This document shows, piece by piece, positions 26,146 to 38,047 of a stretch of DNA of 64,000 bases (the first letter of the stretch is position 1; every line of letters starts with the position of its first letter). The position numbers were made by a program, and so were the translations under genes. This DNA comes from Parasitella parasitica NRRL 2501 (Eukaryota > Fungi > Mucoromycota). The DNA lies in NCBI GenBank assembly GCA_025201805.1, contig MU619245.1, positions 192,697-256,696 of the forward strand, in the 5' to 3' direction. The notes under the pieces were generated by a model. The model was not told the DNA's origin. It did not search any database and saw nothing but the letters and a program-made list of their open reading frames with translations.

Positions 26146-27576
26146 ATGCAAATACACGGCAGAATCAAAAAATTTCTCGAATATGCCAGTGCTAAACAAC
26201 CTGCAGATGATAGCAATCCAAAGGATCCTCAAGTTACAAAATCTACACAAGATGTTATGTCAAGCCAAATAAAGACTCCACAGGATAAAAGCATCATCCA
26301 TTGTACTACGAGCATAGTCTTATTCTTTATTCTACTGGTGGAAGCTCTTGCAATGACAGCCATGGAAGGCTACATCGTCTATTATCACACACTCATTTTT
26401 GCTCATTGCGATCTTTCATTGCGCACATTGGGCCTAAGCCAGGCGGATCTGGTGTACCATGGCATCTTCATCATGTCCTTTGTATATCAGCTATTCCTGT
26501 ATATGGACTCAATAAGGCAACGCAATGTTTTTCAATTGATAATGTTATTGCTATATGGTAAGCGAGGGGCTTTTATTTTTATTTTTATTATTTTTATTTT
26601 TATTTTTTTAATATACAGTTTATTAATTTCATTGTGAAATGCAGGCATTCTACTTGTCATATATACAGGCGTCCAAACAATCCAGCACCAAATGTTTGTA
26701 AAAGTAGGCTGCGACTTCCCTCCTTTGGTAACAGCAGCTGGCAATACGACAACAACATTGCCTAATTCAAGCAATGTTACTGGCACCGCGAGCAACAAGT
26801 TATTACACATGAGTGTAGTCATTAGCAACAATACCGATAGATTTCAAGATAGCATCGATGATTACATCTCCAATATAAAGCCATTCGAATATGCAATTCT
26901 GGTGTTTGTTCCTATATGTTTTCTGATCATGGTTGGCTGCATGATCAAGCTATATTCTTTGTTCAGATGGAGTCGGTACAAAACCCACACTCTGGTATTG
27001 GACAATGGCACTCGGCTGCATACAACATTGCTAGCTTGGGCTATACTAACCGGTCTTTTGAAGCTTGACTTCTTTTTTGTGTTCTCGTTTGCGGTACAAT
27101 TAGTGCCTTCGCAATTGATGGAGTACACTATACCTTCTTACGAAAGCCCTGTGGTGTTCTGCTTTGGTCTGGCCGCTTTCTTGCTGGCTATCCAGAGTAC
27201 TCGCACTGAAAATATAAGGCTGATGTGGCTCTTTTCTCTTGCCGTACTCGGGTCCATCGGCTACTTTGGATATAGACTATTTACGTTTGGCATTCCCAGA
27301 CTTGGTACAAATGATCCATATATGGTAAATGTTGTTGTTGGCGGATCAGTTTTAAGGTTCTAATTCGTTAATCTTATTTATGCTTTGCAGTTGACAAGAT
27401 ATAGCCTGCTGTTTACCACATTAACATTGACTCTGCTGATGATCATGACATTGTGTACATGTCTTGTCTGTATTAAAAACGTATCATTTCACAAGGTACA
27501 TATCAATGACACATTTCACTGCGTTTGTCCCACATGCTATGCTGTTGCGTTTACTATAAACGATCCCCAACAATAA
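26146..27576 (+). CDS. Multi-pass membrane protein, UPF0658-like
   Basis: About 7-8 TM segments over three exons, with ADLVYHGIFI..YQL...DSIRQRN and LLKLDFFFVFSFAVQL motifs. Both ends are uncertain. Confidence 0.65.
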
Positions 27577-27715
27577 TAAAAACTGCAAGACAAGCAGATA
27601 TTAAATCAAGGAGGATGTAGCAGCAGTAGCAGCAGCAGTAATAATAGTATTAATATCTTGACAAAATAAAGAAATCTAATTTTATTTTTACAAGCAACGC
27701 GTATAATCACATTTC

Positions 27716-29270
27716 TTATTCAGGCATCTCGAAACCCTCTTCCGCCATCCAAATGGATACAATACGGATACAAGCTTGTGCAATCATGTGGTCCTCTAGA
27801 TCGTCTTTGGTCCCCTGCATGAATTTCAGTAGTTCCATAACGACATCCATCATATCAGAAAGCGTCGTGCGAATCTTTAACAGCATCTCGGAATCCATGC
27901 CGTTAGATTCGCAATTCGCTGCTAAATACTCCATTGCTGCTTCCAAAATCTCAAAATAGACAGGCACCATAATTTCTTGTCGCTGCTGCTTTTGTTTATT
28001 TGTGATCGTCTTCTCTTCGTTGTGCTCTTGGATCACTCGGTCATTGATGTTATCAATCATGATTTTGGCTTCAATTGCGACGAGATGAATCAAAAGGGCA
28101 GGGAAATTGGCAGCAGCATATGCCTTGTTGGCAGCATCGTTCATGTTGTCTGATGAAGCTTTCTCTTTTCTGCGTTTGCTCGATTTTGTGTCTTGCAAAC
28201 TCTTAAATAACCACTCGTTTCCAAAGTAGCGCAATAAGCATGCGATCAATAAGATTGCTTGGTCTCTTTGCGAGTCGTCTGGTTTGTACCGGTAAAATAT
28301 CAGCGATTTTGTCATGAACTCTTCATCCTAAATTTACTTACGCAGCTTGCTGCTCATGATCTGCCGTAATCCACCTAATAGATCATCCAGCCATCCATCG
28401 ACCTTTTTTTCTTGTTCTTGTTTAAATTGTCTCATCAGCTAGGTGAAAAACAGATCAAATTAGAGCCATGTCTAGACCTACAGCAAGCCAACCTACCTCG
28501 CTAGGAATACCTGGTAAAACAGTAGAAAGAATGTTCAACGCTTCAAACTTCAGTATTTTCTGATCATTATTGAGCGTTCTCGACAATATCGCAACCAAGG
28601 TGGTTAGAGAGTATTTCAGAGCAGAAGACAAACTGGGGATTTTCTCTGAATGCAGTAGTTGACAAGATCTCGTATACACCGAATTTATCAACTGCGTGCA
28701 CATTTCTCTTTCCATGTCCTTGGATGTCTGCAACAGTACTTGAAAGATATTCCTCAATACATCAGGATCCAACATTTTCACAAGCCCTTCCTTCTTGACA
28801 GCAGCATGCAGCAGAATTTGCATGCTTTCTAGTGTGATGTCTGATTCGTCGTTTGGCGTTAAATGTGATAATGCGGGTATTCTATCCACCATCGGCTGCT
28901 CTGTAGCTAACGCTTCAAAACGTGCAAAGCAGCTCAACACATTAACAGCAATATCCTTCAACACTGGATCCGGCACTTCAGCATCTTCATTATGTGCTGG
29001 TGGGGGGGGGGAAAGAAATTGCGTCAAAAAGCTAAAACAACACACCATTAAATGCACACACATACTTGTTCGAAGTAACCGCTCAATAAACTTGAAGTTC
29101 ATTCCTTTAAAGACTCGCTCAATGTTTTCTGGATCGTTGTGCTCCAAAAGTTTGGGGAGGATCAACATGCCCACAAACTTCATTTCATCAGAAGCAGATG
29201 GCACAATCATCGATAGGCATCTATCAATCTCGGCAGATCTGTCGCGTGCTGAACTGGTCACTGTTTCCAT
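27716..29270 (-). CDS. Neurochondrin-family ARM-repeat protein
   Basis: EIDRCLSMI...SDEMKFVGMLILPKLL, FIERLLRT, IAVNVLSCF and C-terminal ACIRIVSIWMAEE. Three introns. Confidence 0.8.
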
Positions 29271-29298
29271 TTGGTTTATTAGAACTATGTATAGGTTA

Positions 29299-29543
29299 CA
29301 GGTGAAGAAAATAGGTTGGGTCAGTTTTTTGAAAATGGGTCACTTTTTGAAAATGGATCACTTTTCTGAAAATAGGTCACTTCTTCATACTGGCGTCTCA
29401 ATTTCATATTGCTGTCCCATTTTCATACTGATATCTCACTTTCATTGCGACGTCCAAATTCAATTTTAAAATGACCCAAATTTTTCTTACTGGCCCAACC
29501 TAGTTTCGTCGACTGTAGTGACCCAACTTATTTTCTTCACCTG
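29299..29543. mobile_element. MITE (245 bp), Tc1/mariner-type, TA target duplication
   Basis: TA-CAGGTGAAGAAAATAGGTTGGGTCA ... TGACCCAACTTATTTTCTTCACCTG-TA: 25-bp TIRs with one mismatch, TA at 29297-98 and 29544-45, and internal subterminal repeats of GGTCACTTTTTGAAAAT. Confidence 0.9.
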
Positions 29544-30684
29544 TAAACAACTTGTCTATTTCTTGGAAGTAAGTCGGATTTAGTGGGTGACAAAAGATTG
29601 TGACATTTTTATGACCGGGAGTGGTTTACAGGTGCACGATTCATTTTTCTCGGCTTTCTCTCTTGACTTTATAGGGTGTGTGTGATAACTTCAATTACTC
29701 CATTAAAAGAGAACATCTGTCACGGCAAAAGCTCTGATCAAGGATTTAATTATTATTTGAGAAAACTACCACAGAAGATTAAGAAATTATCAACTACGAG
29801 TATAGTAAAACAGTGTATGTACAAGCAATCTCGGGGAGATGTAGTAACAATACAAAATTATATTTCTTTCAAGCATAATACTTTGGTACGAAATAGAATT
29901 AGCAATATTAAAGGCGGTGTTGATTATTATCGCCATGGCAACAAAAACAAATTGGATTTTGTTTTTACCCGCTATTATATTTCAGTCAAAAAACCAACTA
30001 CTTCCGTAGATAAGTTTCGATATGTGCGTCGCCCAGTAGAAAAAAAAAAGTATGTTTCAGATAGCCCTAATCATGACAATGTTAGACAAATAGAGAACAT
30101 GGCTTAGCTCGTTCTTTACGTTAAGCTACAGGTGTTTATGTGCATTTTTTGCATGAAAGTAGGTATTTAGGCAGCCAAACGCTCGTTTATATAGGCCATG
30201 CAGTGGTTTTGCTGAACAAATGTTTATGCTTTCTGTACAGATAAACGACTGTACAACTATAATCTTTATATGTATGCATTTAATGATTAATTGTGTAAAT
30301 AGTAAATAGTGAGTCCCAAACCAAATAATCACTTTATTTAGTATGTGATGTGAGGCAAAAACGTATAGTTGCTCTTTGATAAGCTTGACAAAGAGTAAAT
30401 TTTTAGTTGCTAAAGGCATACCTGTCAATCTTTTCTAATTGGTTCCTGACAAAGGAGAGGACGGGTGAGCCATAGATTTAAATAAACTTTTTCTAATCTA
30501 TGGTATCTCACTTTCCTTTCCCTTTTACTTTTTTTTTGGAAGAGAAAAGAGCCAAGTTAAAGAGAGACCCATTGACACAACAACTTGAAAGACATCGATA
30601 AAAGAACCTAGACATCTTAGTAATAAAAGCAATTTTTATCAACTTTTTTACAGAGAGGGATAAAACAAGAATCGAAAAAAACAC

Positions 30685-33000
30685 ATGGACAAACCTTCTC
30701 AAACCAAACCTTACGCTGGATTAGTTATATATCGTATACAGAGAAACGTAGAGTTTTTATTGTTGAACGACTCTTTTTCAAATAAAAAGCATTGGTTCTG
30801 TCCCAAAGGACAAGTGATTGGAAATGAAGATGAGATCAAGTAAGTTGTTATGGAGAGGGGGATATTTCTACTTTTACTTAGTAGAAAACATAGATGCGCA
30901 CTTCGCGAGACACACGAAGCCACAGGCCTTGGCCCTAAAGAATTAAATATAGAAGAAGGATTTGCCATTGAACTCACGTATTTATCAGGAACAAAGTACG
31001 TATGCAATGGCGACCGACGCTCGCAATTCGATCTAATGTTTTCCTTTTTACTAGACCAAAGAAAGTCAAGTATCATTTGGCTCAGTTGACCGATAGCCAT
31101 GTAAAACTACTGCCAGCAGAGGGTGTTTATATGCAATGGTTCAATCAAACAACTTGTTCTGAAAAAGTTGTATTCAAGACAATGCAAGAGGTCTTTAAAC
31201 ATGCTCAGACTTTTGTTGATTCGAAAAAAAAAAAGTTTTCCGGCCGCAGTAACCATAGCCACTACAGTCAACAGCAACAGGAAAAGTCTGAAGTAAAGTC
31301 TTTGTGCATTAGCGGTGAAGATGGTACTAAGGCTATGTATAAGCCCCGTCATAAACAGTTTCCACAGCAGACCCATCAGTTGCAGCCACCGCAGCAGCCA
31401 TTAGATGCTCATCAGCAACCGTCCCCGTCCTCACAAAATCAACAGCAGAACTCGCCGCTCTACAAGACAAGGTTATGCGAAAGATTTGATACAGAAGGAA
31501 GTTGCCCCTATGGATCTAAATGTAACTTTGCTCATGGTATCGTTGAATTGCGTGGTAGAGTAGTAATGGATGTGTCACAACCACAATCACATCAACAGCA
31601 CCAGCAAGATAACAACGATGATCGTATCAATAACGATGATTCAAACGGCAATCAGCTGTTTAAAACAAAGCTTTGCGAGAAATTCATGAAAGATGAATTC
31701 TGCCAATATGGTCCAAAATGTCATTTTGGTAAGTTTTGAGCACAACATTACTAGACTATTACTTACAAAATAAAAGCTCATGGTGAAGAAGAGCTGAAGT
31801 CGAGGCCAAAGAAAGAGGAGACAGCACCTATTGCGGATCGACGCCCTTCTCCTCCTTTGCAACAACAACGTCACCAACGTACAGTATATGCTGAAAATGC
31901 AACGAAGCATGCAGCGAGTGATACGCACAATGAGGAAGTATCTGATGCGGATAGACGTACGAATTGGAGATTGACTGCAACTGACAAGCACGAGCACATG
32001 TATGTATATATTTACATGAATAGATTAGATACAAGTAACCAATTAATGTTCAATTTAGTGACATCTTGAAGAAAACTGAGCTTGCTGCTGAAACTAACAC
32101 TCAAAAGCTGTCAGATTTATCTGTTCACAAAGCTACCAAATTTAACGAATTGAGATCTGTTAATACCAGCGAAAAGAAAGAAGATCGTTCATCTGTTGCT
32201 GCTGCACCTATTTCTGTAGAGGAGCTCCGCCGACCAGCATTTGTAGAACATCAACGTGGCAGTAATAACAACAAGACATCAGCAGCAATAGCTACTTTAG
32301 CTATTCACAACAATTGCAATACTAAAGAGAAGAAACATGCTCCAAAAGTTGAAAACAATGAAAAATCATGGATGAGGATTGTCAAATTATCCAAAGAAGA
32401 ACAAGATGAAATGGAAAATCTATCCAACAAATCTGCCAACACTCCAGACATTTCTAAATTAACTCAAAAAGAAGCCATTATTACTGACTTGAAAAAATTC
32501 TTCTCTTCAAATCCGCCTTCAAGCGCTAGTACTAAGGGCAAACTTAAAGATGACGTGAAAGAAGTAACGAAAATTGAAATGCGAAATGATTTATCAAAGA
32601 AGCAGCTTTTGTATATTTTATTAGTGAGCCTTTTGGAGGACGAGTCAGATCAAACCATGTTGAACATCTTGAAATCAAGAGAGCATCTCTTTAAAACCGT
32701 AAGTTCGTATGCAGCCACCTGTGCAATTGTATTGATCCACTTTTAAATAGCTTGTCAAAACGAATGCTGATCAGAAATTACTACTGAAAGCCTGGGAAAG
32801 CTTTGTTACTGTTCGCAAACCCGTTATGGTAAACAAGACTGCAATTGCTTTATCTCATTGGTATGACCGTGAAATGGTTGAAGAAGAAGCATTTTTAGAA
32901 TGGTTTCAAACACTTGAGAAAGCTAGTGCGCTGGAAAAGAAAAGCTTCAAGTTCATCGAGTGGCTGAATGAATCAGACAGTGAAGAAGACGAAGAATAAA
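30685..33000 (+). CDS. Fusion protein: NUDT2-like Nudix domain + two CCCH zinc fingers + C-terminal W2 (eIF5C) domain
   Basis: Exon 1 30685-30839, exon 2 30894-30995 and exon 3 from 31055 splice in frame to give [14 protein letters not shown]...[29 protein letters not shown]...[10 protein letters not shown]. Then YKTRLC-x8-C-x5-C-x3-H and FKTKLC-x8-C-x5-C-x3-H. Ends [15 protein letters not shown]...[18 protein letters not shown] at 33000. Confidence 0.88.
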
Positions 33001-33079
33001 AAATAATACCATTGTATGTTGTTGATTACATAGTTTTGTTTGCACAGACGAACTGTTATTATTATTATTACAACATTAT

Positions 33080-34566
33080 TTATTGCTCGTTATTAGGTTT
33101 GGCGCCACCCATAGCTTCTTGGGCCCTATTTTTTTTTGAAAATAAATCTTTTTAGTTGCATAGTTCAAAATGTTCTGAATGTCACCTACAATCTTCTCAT
33201 TTCAGGGTCATTCATCATTTCTTCGATATTGGGTGTTTCTCCATTACCACCACCCATCATTTGTTGGGCCCTACATGTGTGCATGCGTTAGTCTAAACAA
33301 ATAGTGTCATAACTCTTAAAATACTTTACATTCGAGTAATATTAGGGTTGCTCATCAAATTGTTTAGAGCGCCTGATTGCATCATTTGTTCCGCCATTCT
33401 CATCAAACCAGGATTTCCAAGCAAAGAGCTAAGATCGGGCATACCACCAGCGCCACCAAAGTTAGGCATCCCACCATTGTTAGATTCAGGAACAGCACGT
33501 TCAACACTGCCAGAGCCCAACTTGGATTTAGCAGTAGCTAAAGAATTTTGAAGAGTAGCATTATTGGGATCAAGTTCCAAGCCGTTTTCGTACGCCTTGA
33601 CAGCATCTTGATACTTATTTAAACAGAAATAAGCGTGGCTATTATGAACATGATCAGGGTAAATACATCATTTAGTATGAAATAGATACAATAACACTAA
33701 CCCCATACGACTATAAGCTTTACTATACTTGGGATCGACTTCAATGGCCTTTTTAGCATCATCGACAGCCTTTTGGTGATCACCTTGTTGACTATAAGCG
33801 GCAGCACTAAAATGTCATGAGTATATGCATAACTCGACATGTCCCTCTTTCTCAGCCCGTTTATTCTCTTACCGGTTAGCATAGTATACAGCATTACTAC
33901 CATTAAGAGCAATCGCCTCAGTGTAAAACTTGATGGCTTCAGGGTAATTACGTTCTGCAACCTTACGGTTACCCGCAGCCTTCTTCTGCTCAGCAGCTTC
34001 CTTGTCTTCTTCACTAATTGACGTCTGTTTCAAATATGTGTTAGTGTTCAATCTTGTGCAGCTTCTACAAAATATTTACATCTATCAAACAGAAGAAATT
34101 CATGTGAGACACTTTGTTGTACATGCACTGTTACAAATAACAATAACAAAAACTTACTTTCAACCTTGGGGGCAGTAGAAGCAGCGGATGCAGCAGCAGG
34201 TGACTGAGAACAACGCGTCAGATATGTAGCTAGTGTTTGATCTTGATTTTCCATTTTATTTACCTTGGTAGACTTTTTTGTGTTAAGATAAACATCGAAA
34301 ATGGAAAGCAAATTAGCAGGCTTAGTGGTATAGAGCTCCTTTTGTGCTTCATCAGCAACATCTACACCAAAAGCTTCGCCAATACATTGCATGGCAACTA
34401 AAACAATGTTATTTTCGACTTTCTCTCATTTACAAATGAATAAGTTATTAAATTTACCTTCAATACCCTCAGAGTCATCCTTGCTGATGGTTCCATCTTG
34501 GCAAGATTTCTGCAAGAATTCCAGGATAGAATAGACAAGAGCCTTCTTATTTTCAGTAGCAACCAT
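33080..34566 (-). CDS. SGT2: SGT2/SGTA small glutamine-rich TPR co-chaperone
   Basis: [12 protein letters not shown]...[16 protein letters not shown] dimerisation domain, three TPRs ([19 protein letters not shown]) and an STI1-like Met/Gln-rich C-terminus. Confidence 0.93.
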
Positions 34567-35349
34567 TTTATCTCAGTATTATACTAACAAAAGGAGTAAG
34601 AAAAAGAGATTGTGCCCAAAAAGTGCCAGAAAATTCTTTTTTGATATTATTATTCAATATTTTAAATGTCCACCTGATGTGAAAACTGCCAGTATTGCTG
34701 TTGACTATACATTGTAAGCTTTGCCAAAGAAAAATGACACAACAGTTTGCTGTGCTGATTTCAAAAGAACTTCAATAGTTGAAGCAAGCATACACGAAAT
34801 AGGATCTTGAACTTCATACTAACTAGATCAGCAGCAGCAGTAGCAGCAGTGGTAGTAGTAGTAGTGGTAGTATATTAGTACAATAGCAATTAGAATGAAG
34901 CGGCGATGAGTATTTGCAGATCTTGTTCAAATACGCACATAATCAACTATCTTTGTAAATCATATTTGGGGGCTGAAAAAATCAAGCTATAAACCTATGA
35001 TGCTGTAAATGATTTCGAATAAAATATATGCTCATGTGGTCGCAAGGATTGGATGATGGCATCAATACAGTGATACTTTATTTATTCAAACAGGAACTAA
35101 ATTTGCTACTAACCGAAATAGCTGTTATCTTTATTCTGATACCATTGAATCAAGTTTTTTTTGCAAATATTCAAAAACAGTAATTTGTAAGATTTTATTG
35201 GCTAAGATAAAGACTTTTTTTTTATATTGTATGTATGAAATTTTGATAGCAATGTTAAACTAAAAAAAAACAAAAAAACTATAAAAAGTCTCCTCAACTT
35301 TTCTTTTTTGTTTTACCTTTTTTTCTCTCAATTTTCATCATATAATAAA

Positions 35350-36463
35350 ATGTGTAAACAACAAGCTGGGAAAGGATCAATCTTTGTATCTGGAGCTGAC
35401 GGTGATAAAGGCGTAGCAATTGTTCAACAACTGTTGCAACTACCTGCACAGCACAAACATTTGTGTCCTCAACATGTCTATGCTGGTTTACCTGATGCCA
35501 CTACGCCTCGAGCTAAATCAATCAAAGGCTTAGGTGCTCAAGTAATCGCATTTGATATATTTAATGACCATGAAGCTGCTGTAGAGGCTCTTACTGACAT
35601 CACCAAGCTTTGCTTATTGATTGATCCACTGAGCGAAAGGATGCAACGATCAAACGCCTATTCGTACGGCAAAGCGTAAGCCCTTTATTTGTTTTTGTTT
35701 ATCATTGATAATTAACTCTGGAGCTCTTAGTTTTATCGATGCTGCGAAGGAAGCTCATGTAGAACATATCATATTTTTAACACCTTTCACACCACTTGAT
35801 GCTGTTAGCCCACCTGCTTCTCCTAACAGTGAGCAACAGGCTACTCCCGCACCCGTCAGTTATGGCTCTTACCGATCTCAATTTATGCTTATTGAGTCTT
35901 ACTTGCACTCACAGTTTGATAATAATCGCATTACTATTTTGAGGTATCCCGGCGTACTGCACCAACATTTGCTCGTTTTTAGCAAATACATCGCTCAACA
36001 CAATGCTTTCCCATTACCTGATAAGCATTTGGAAATTACAGTTGAATCTTGCAACATGTATGACATTGCGCGAGCAACGGCTTGTGTTGCTCATTCGCCA
36101 ACTTTGCGTCATAGTAGAAATGCCTACAAGATTTCATCTAGTTTATTGACTCTGGAGGAAATGGGCCAACGTGTTCTTTCTGGTTTGCAAAGAGAAAACA
36201 CTATTAATCGCATGGATAGCGCTACTTTGCAGCAAATTATCTGTGATAGCATTGGAAATGAAGACCAAGCTATCTTTTTAATGGAAATGTGGGGCCTTCA
36301 ACAAAAGTTGAGCGGTCGACGTTTAGAAATAACAAGAGACCTGGAAGCACTTACGGGACAAAGCGGGAAATCGCTGAACGAATATTTTGAAGAAGACGAA
36401 GTACGCGATGCCTTCTTATCTAGCCATAAAAATGGTGAATTGTCTTCATTCAAAGTAGCTTAA
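35350..36463 (+). CDS. NmrA-like atypical short-chain dehydrogenase fold protein
   Basis: IFVSGADGDKGVAIVQQLL Rossmann start, YGKA/FIDAAKEAHVEHIIF across one intron, and DLEALTGQSGKSLNEYF C-terminus. Confidence 0.75.
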
Positions 36464-37328
36464 TTGAACCAAAAGCCCAGGTCTTATCATCATATATACA
36501 TATCACACACTTTCTTCACATACTTTTATTGTACATAAACTTTTTCAAATAAACAATTATCAAGTTACACATTCATCGTAACACAACCAACCAATACTAA
36601 TAATTTGACATACGATGTAGTTGCAATAAACATCCATTGGCCAAAGATAAAAAGAAACTTAAAAAGGTCAGCTGAATGTGTATATTTGAGGCAAATGACC
36701 AAATATATTAACTGATAAGAAAGAATGAGGGGGCATCAACATTAGAGCTCTTTTTTTTAAGTTTTTGTGTATCGTTTGACTTTCTAATAAAGTGTCTTTA
36801 TGTAATGATAGTTAGCTGTAATGCCGATGTTATACATAGGGGTTAAAATGGTTACTTTCTCACACAAATTGTCTCTTAAAATTGTTAACGGCTTGATTAA
36901 ATTTTGCTCTCGATTGGTACATCATCAACTTTTTCAGAATGTGTCATCAATGAATAATACATATTGTCATTGGTTCTTTCATCAAATCAATTCCGTTGCA
37001 ACCTTGCTCATTTAACTTATGTTAGATCCATTTGAATTGTTCACCCACGACAATCTTTTTGTGCTATTAAAGTTCTGATTTTCTCAGGCATATGTAAAAA
37101 TCCAATGAGTAAATCCAATGAAATGAATATGATTAAAGTTATCGATGTATCATCGGCTGAAAAAGCGCTTATCTTCAGGCAAAATATAAAGCAAATAACT
37201 ATACGCAGCATACCATGTTGGTTCAATTTCCATTACAACTTAATAGGCATTATGACCTCAGAAACAAAGCAAAAGAAAAAAAAAGCCTTATAAAGGTCTC
37301 ACGGAAATGATATAAATTCAAAAAATTA

Positions 37329-37401
37329 AGCCGAACGGGGGGGTCGAACCCCCAACCTTGAGATTAAGAGTCTCACGCTCTACCGATTGAGCTAGCCCGG
37401 C
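37329..37401 (-). tRNA. tRNA-Lys (CTT)
   Basis: Reverse complement GCCGGGCTAGCTCAATCGGTAGAGCGTGAGACTCTTAATCTCAAGGTTGGGGGTTCGACCCCCCCGTTCGGC folds as a cloverleaf with anticodon CTT, followed by a T-run Pol III terminator. Confidence 0.96.
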
Positions 37402-37691
37402 AATTCTTATTTTTGGCAGTTTAAAAATTAAATACTAAGTGATTAGTAAAAATAAAATAGAACAACAACACGTGATATAAACTTTGCAATGCTCGGGCAA
37501 AAGTTGGAATAAAGATGGCGTTTATTCTTTTGTGTTTTAGTTGATATTAATAATAAGTAAAAGGGTTACACGCAAAGTCTATCTGTACCTCACACTCTAA
37601 ATCATACGTCTCCGCACGACAATACACATAGACTCACATAAAAGTTATGCAGGTCTGAAAACGTCTCACTTTATTTTGAAACAAAAATTTG

Positions 37692-37762
37692 TGCGTATAC
37701 GGGGAATCGAACCCCGGTCGCCCGCTTGGAAGGCGAGCATTCTGCCACTAAACTAGACACGC
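37692..37762 (-). tRNA. tRNA-Gly (TCC)
   Basis: Reverse complement GCGTGTCTAGTTTAGTGGCAGAATGCTCGCCTTCCAAGCGGGCGACCGGGGTTCGATTCCCCGTATACGCA has anticodon TCC, a GTTCGATTCC B box and a TTTTT terminator. Confidence 0.95.
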
Positions 37763-38047
37763 GTTCTTACGTTGTAACTAGACCTTTCTTTCACTTTTCC
37801 AATTTTTTATTACGTTTTGACCTCAGAATTCAGGTACACGTGATATTAATATTAGACAAGGAAATCCATAGCAGTAAACAGCCAAAGCAACAACCGTCAA
37901 TAGAATATACATTAAGTGTTAATATCTTAAAGTATATTCTGTTCAACTTTCAAAACGATTGATCAAGTATTTACCTGTTTTACAAAAAACCCCAAAAACA
38001 CCGCAAATATTTTTTCACTCGATCATCTAGCAACCGGTAAACAGACC

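Noticed and set aside
29318-29385. Short regularly spaced repeats as a CRISPR-like array
   Set aside because: The units are adjacent with no unique spacers and lie inside a MITE in a eukaryotic genome.
29676-30107. 143-aa ORF as a Fanzor/TnpB-like or other transposon relic (INYEYSKTVY and NIKGGV fragments)
   Set aside because: The resemblance is faint, there are no intact RuvC or zinc-ribbon residues and no element ends. It needs an HMM search.
34828-34870. (CAG/TAG)n trinucleotide run between SGT2 and the NmrA-like gene
   Set aside because: An ordinary degenerate microsatellite with no further structure.
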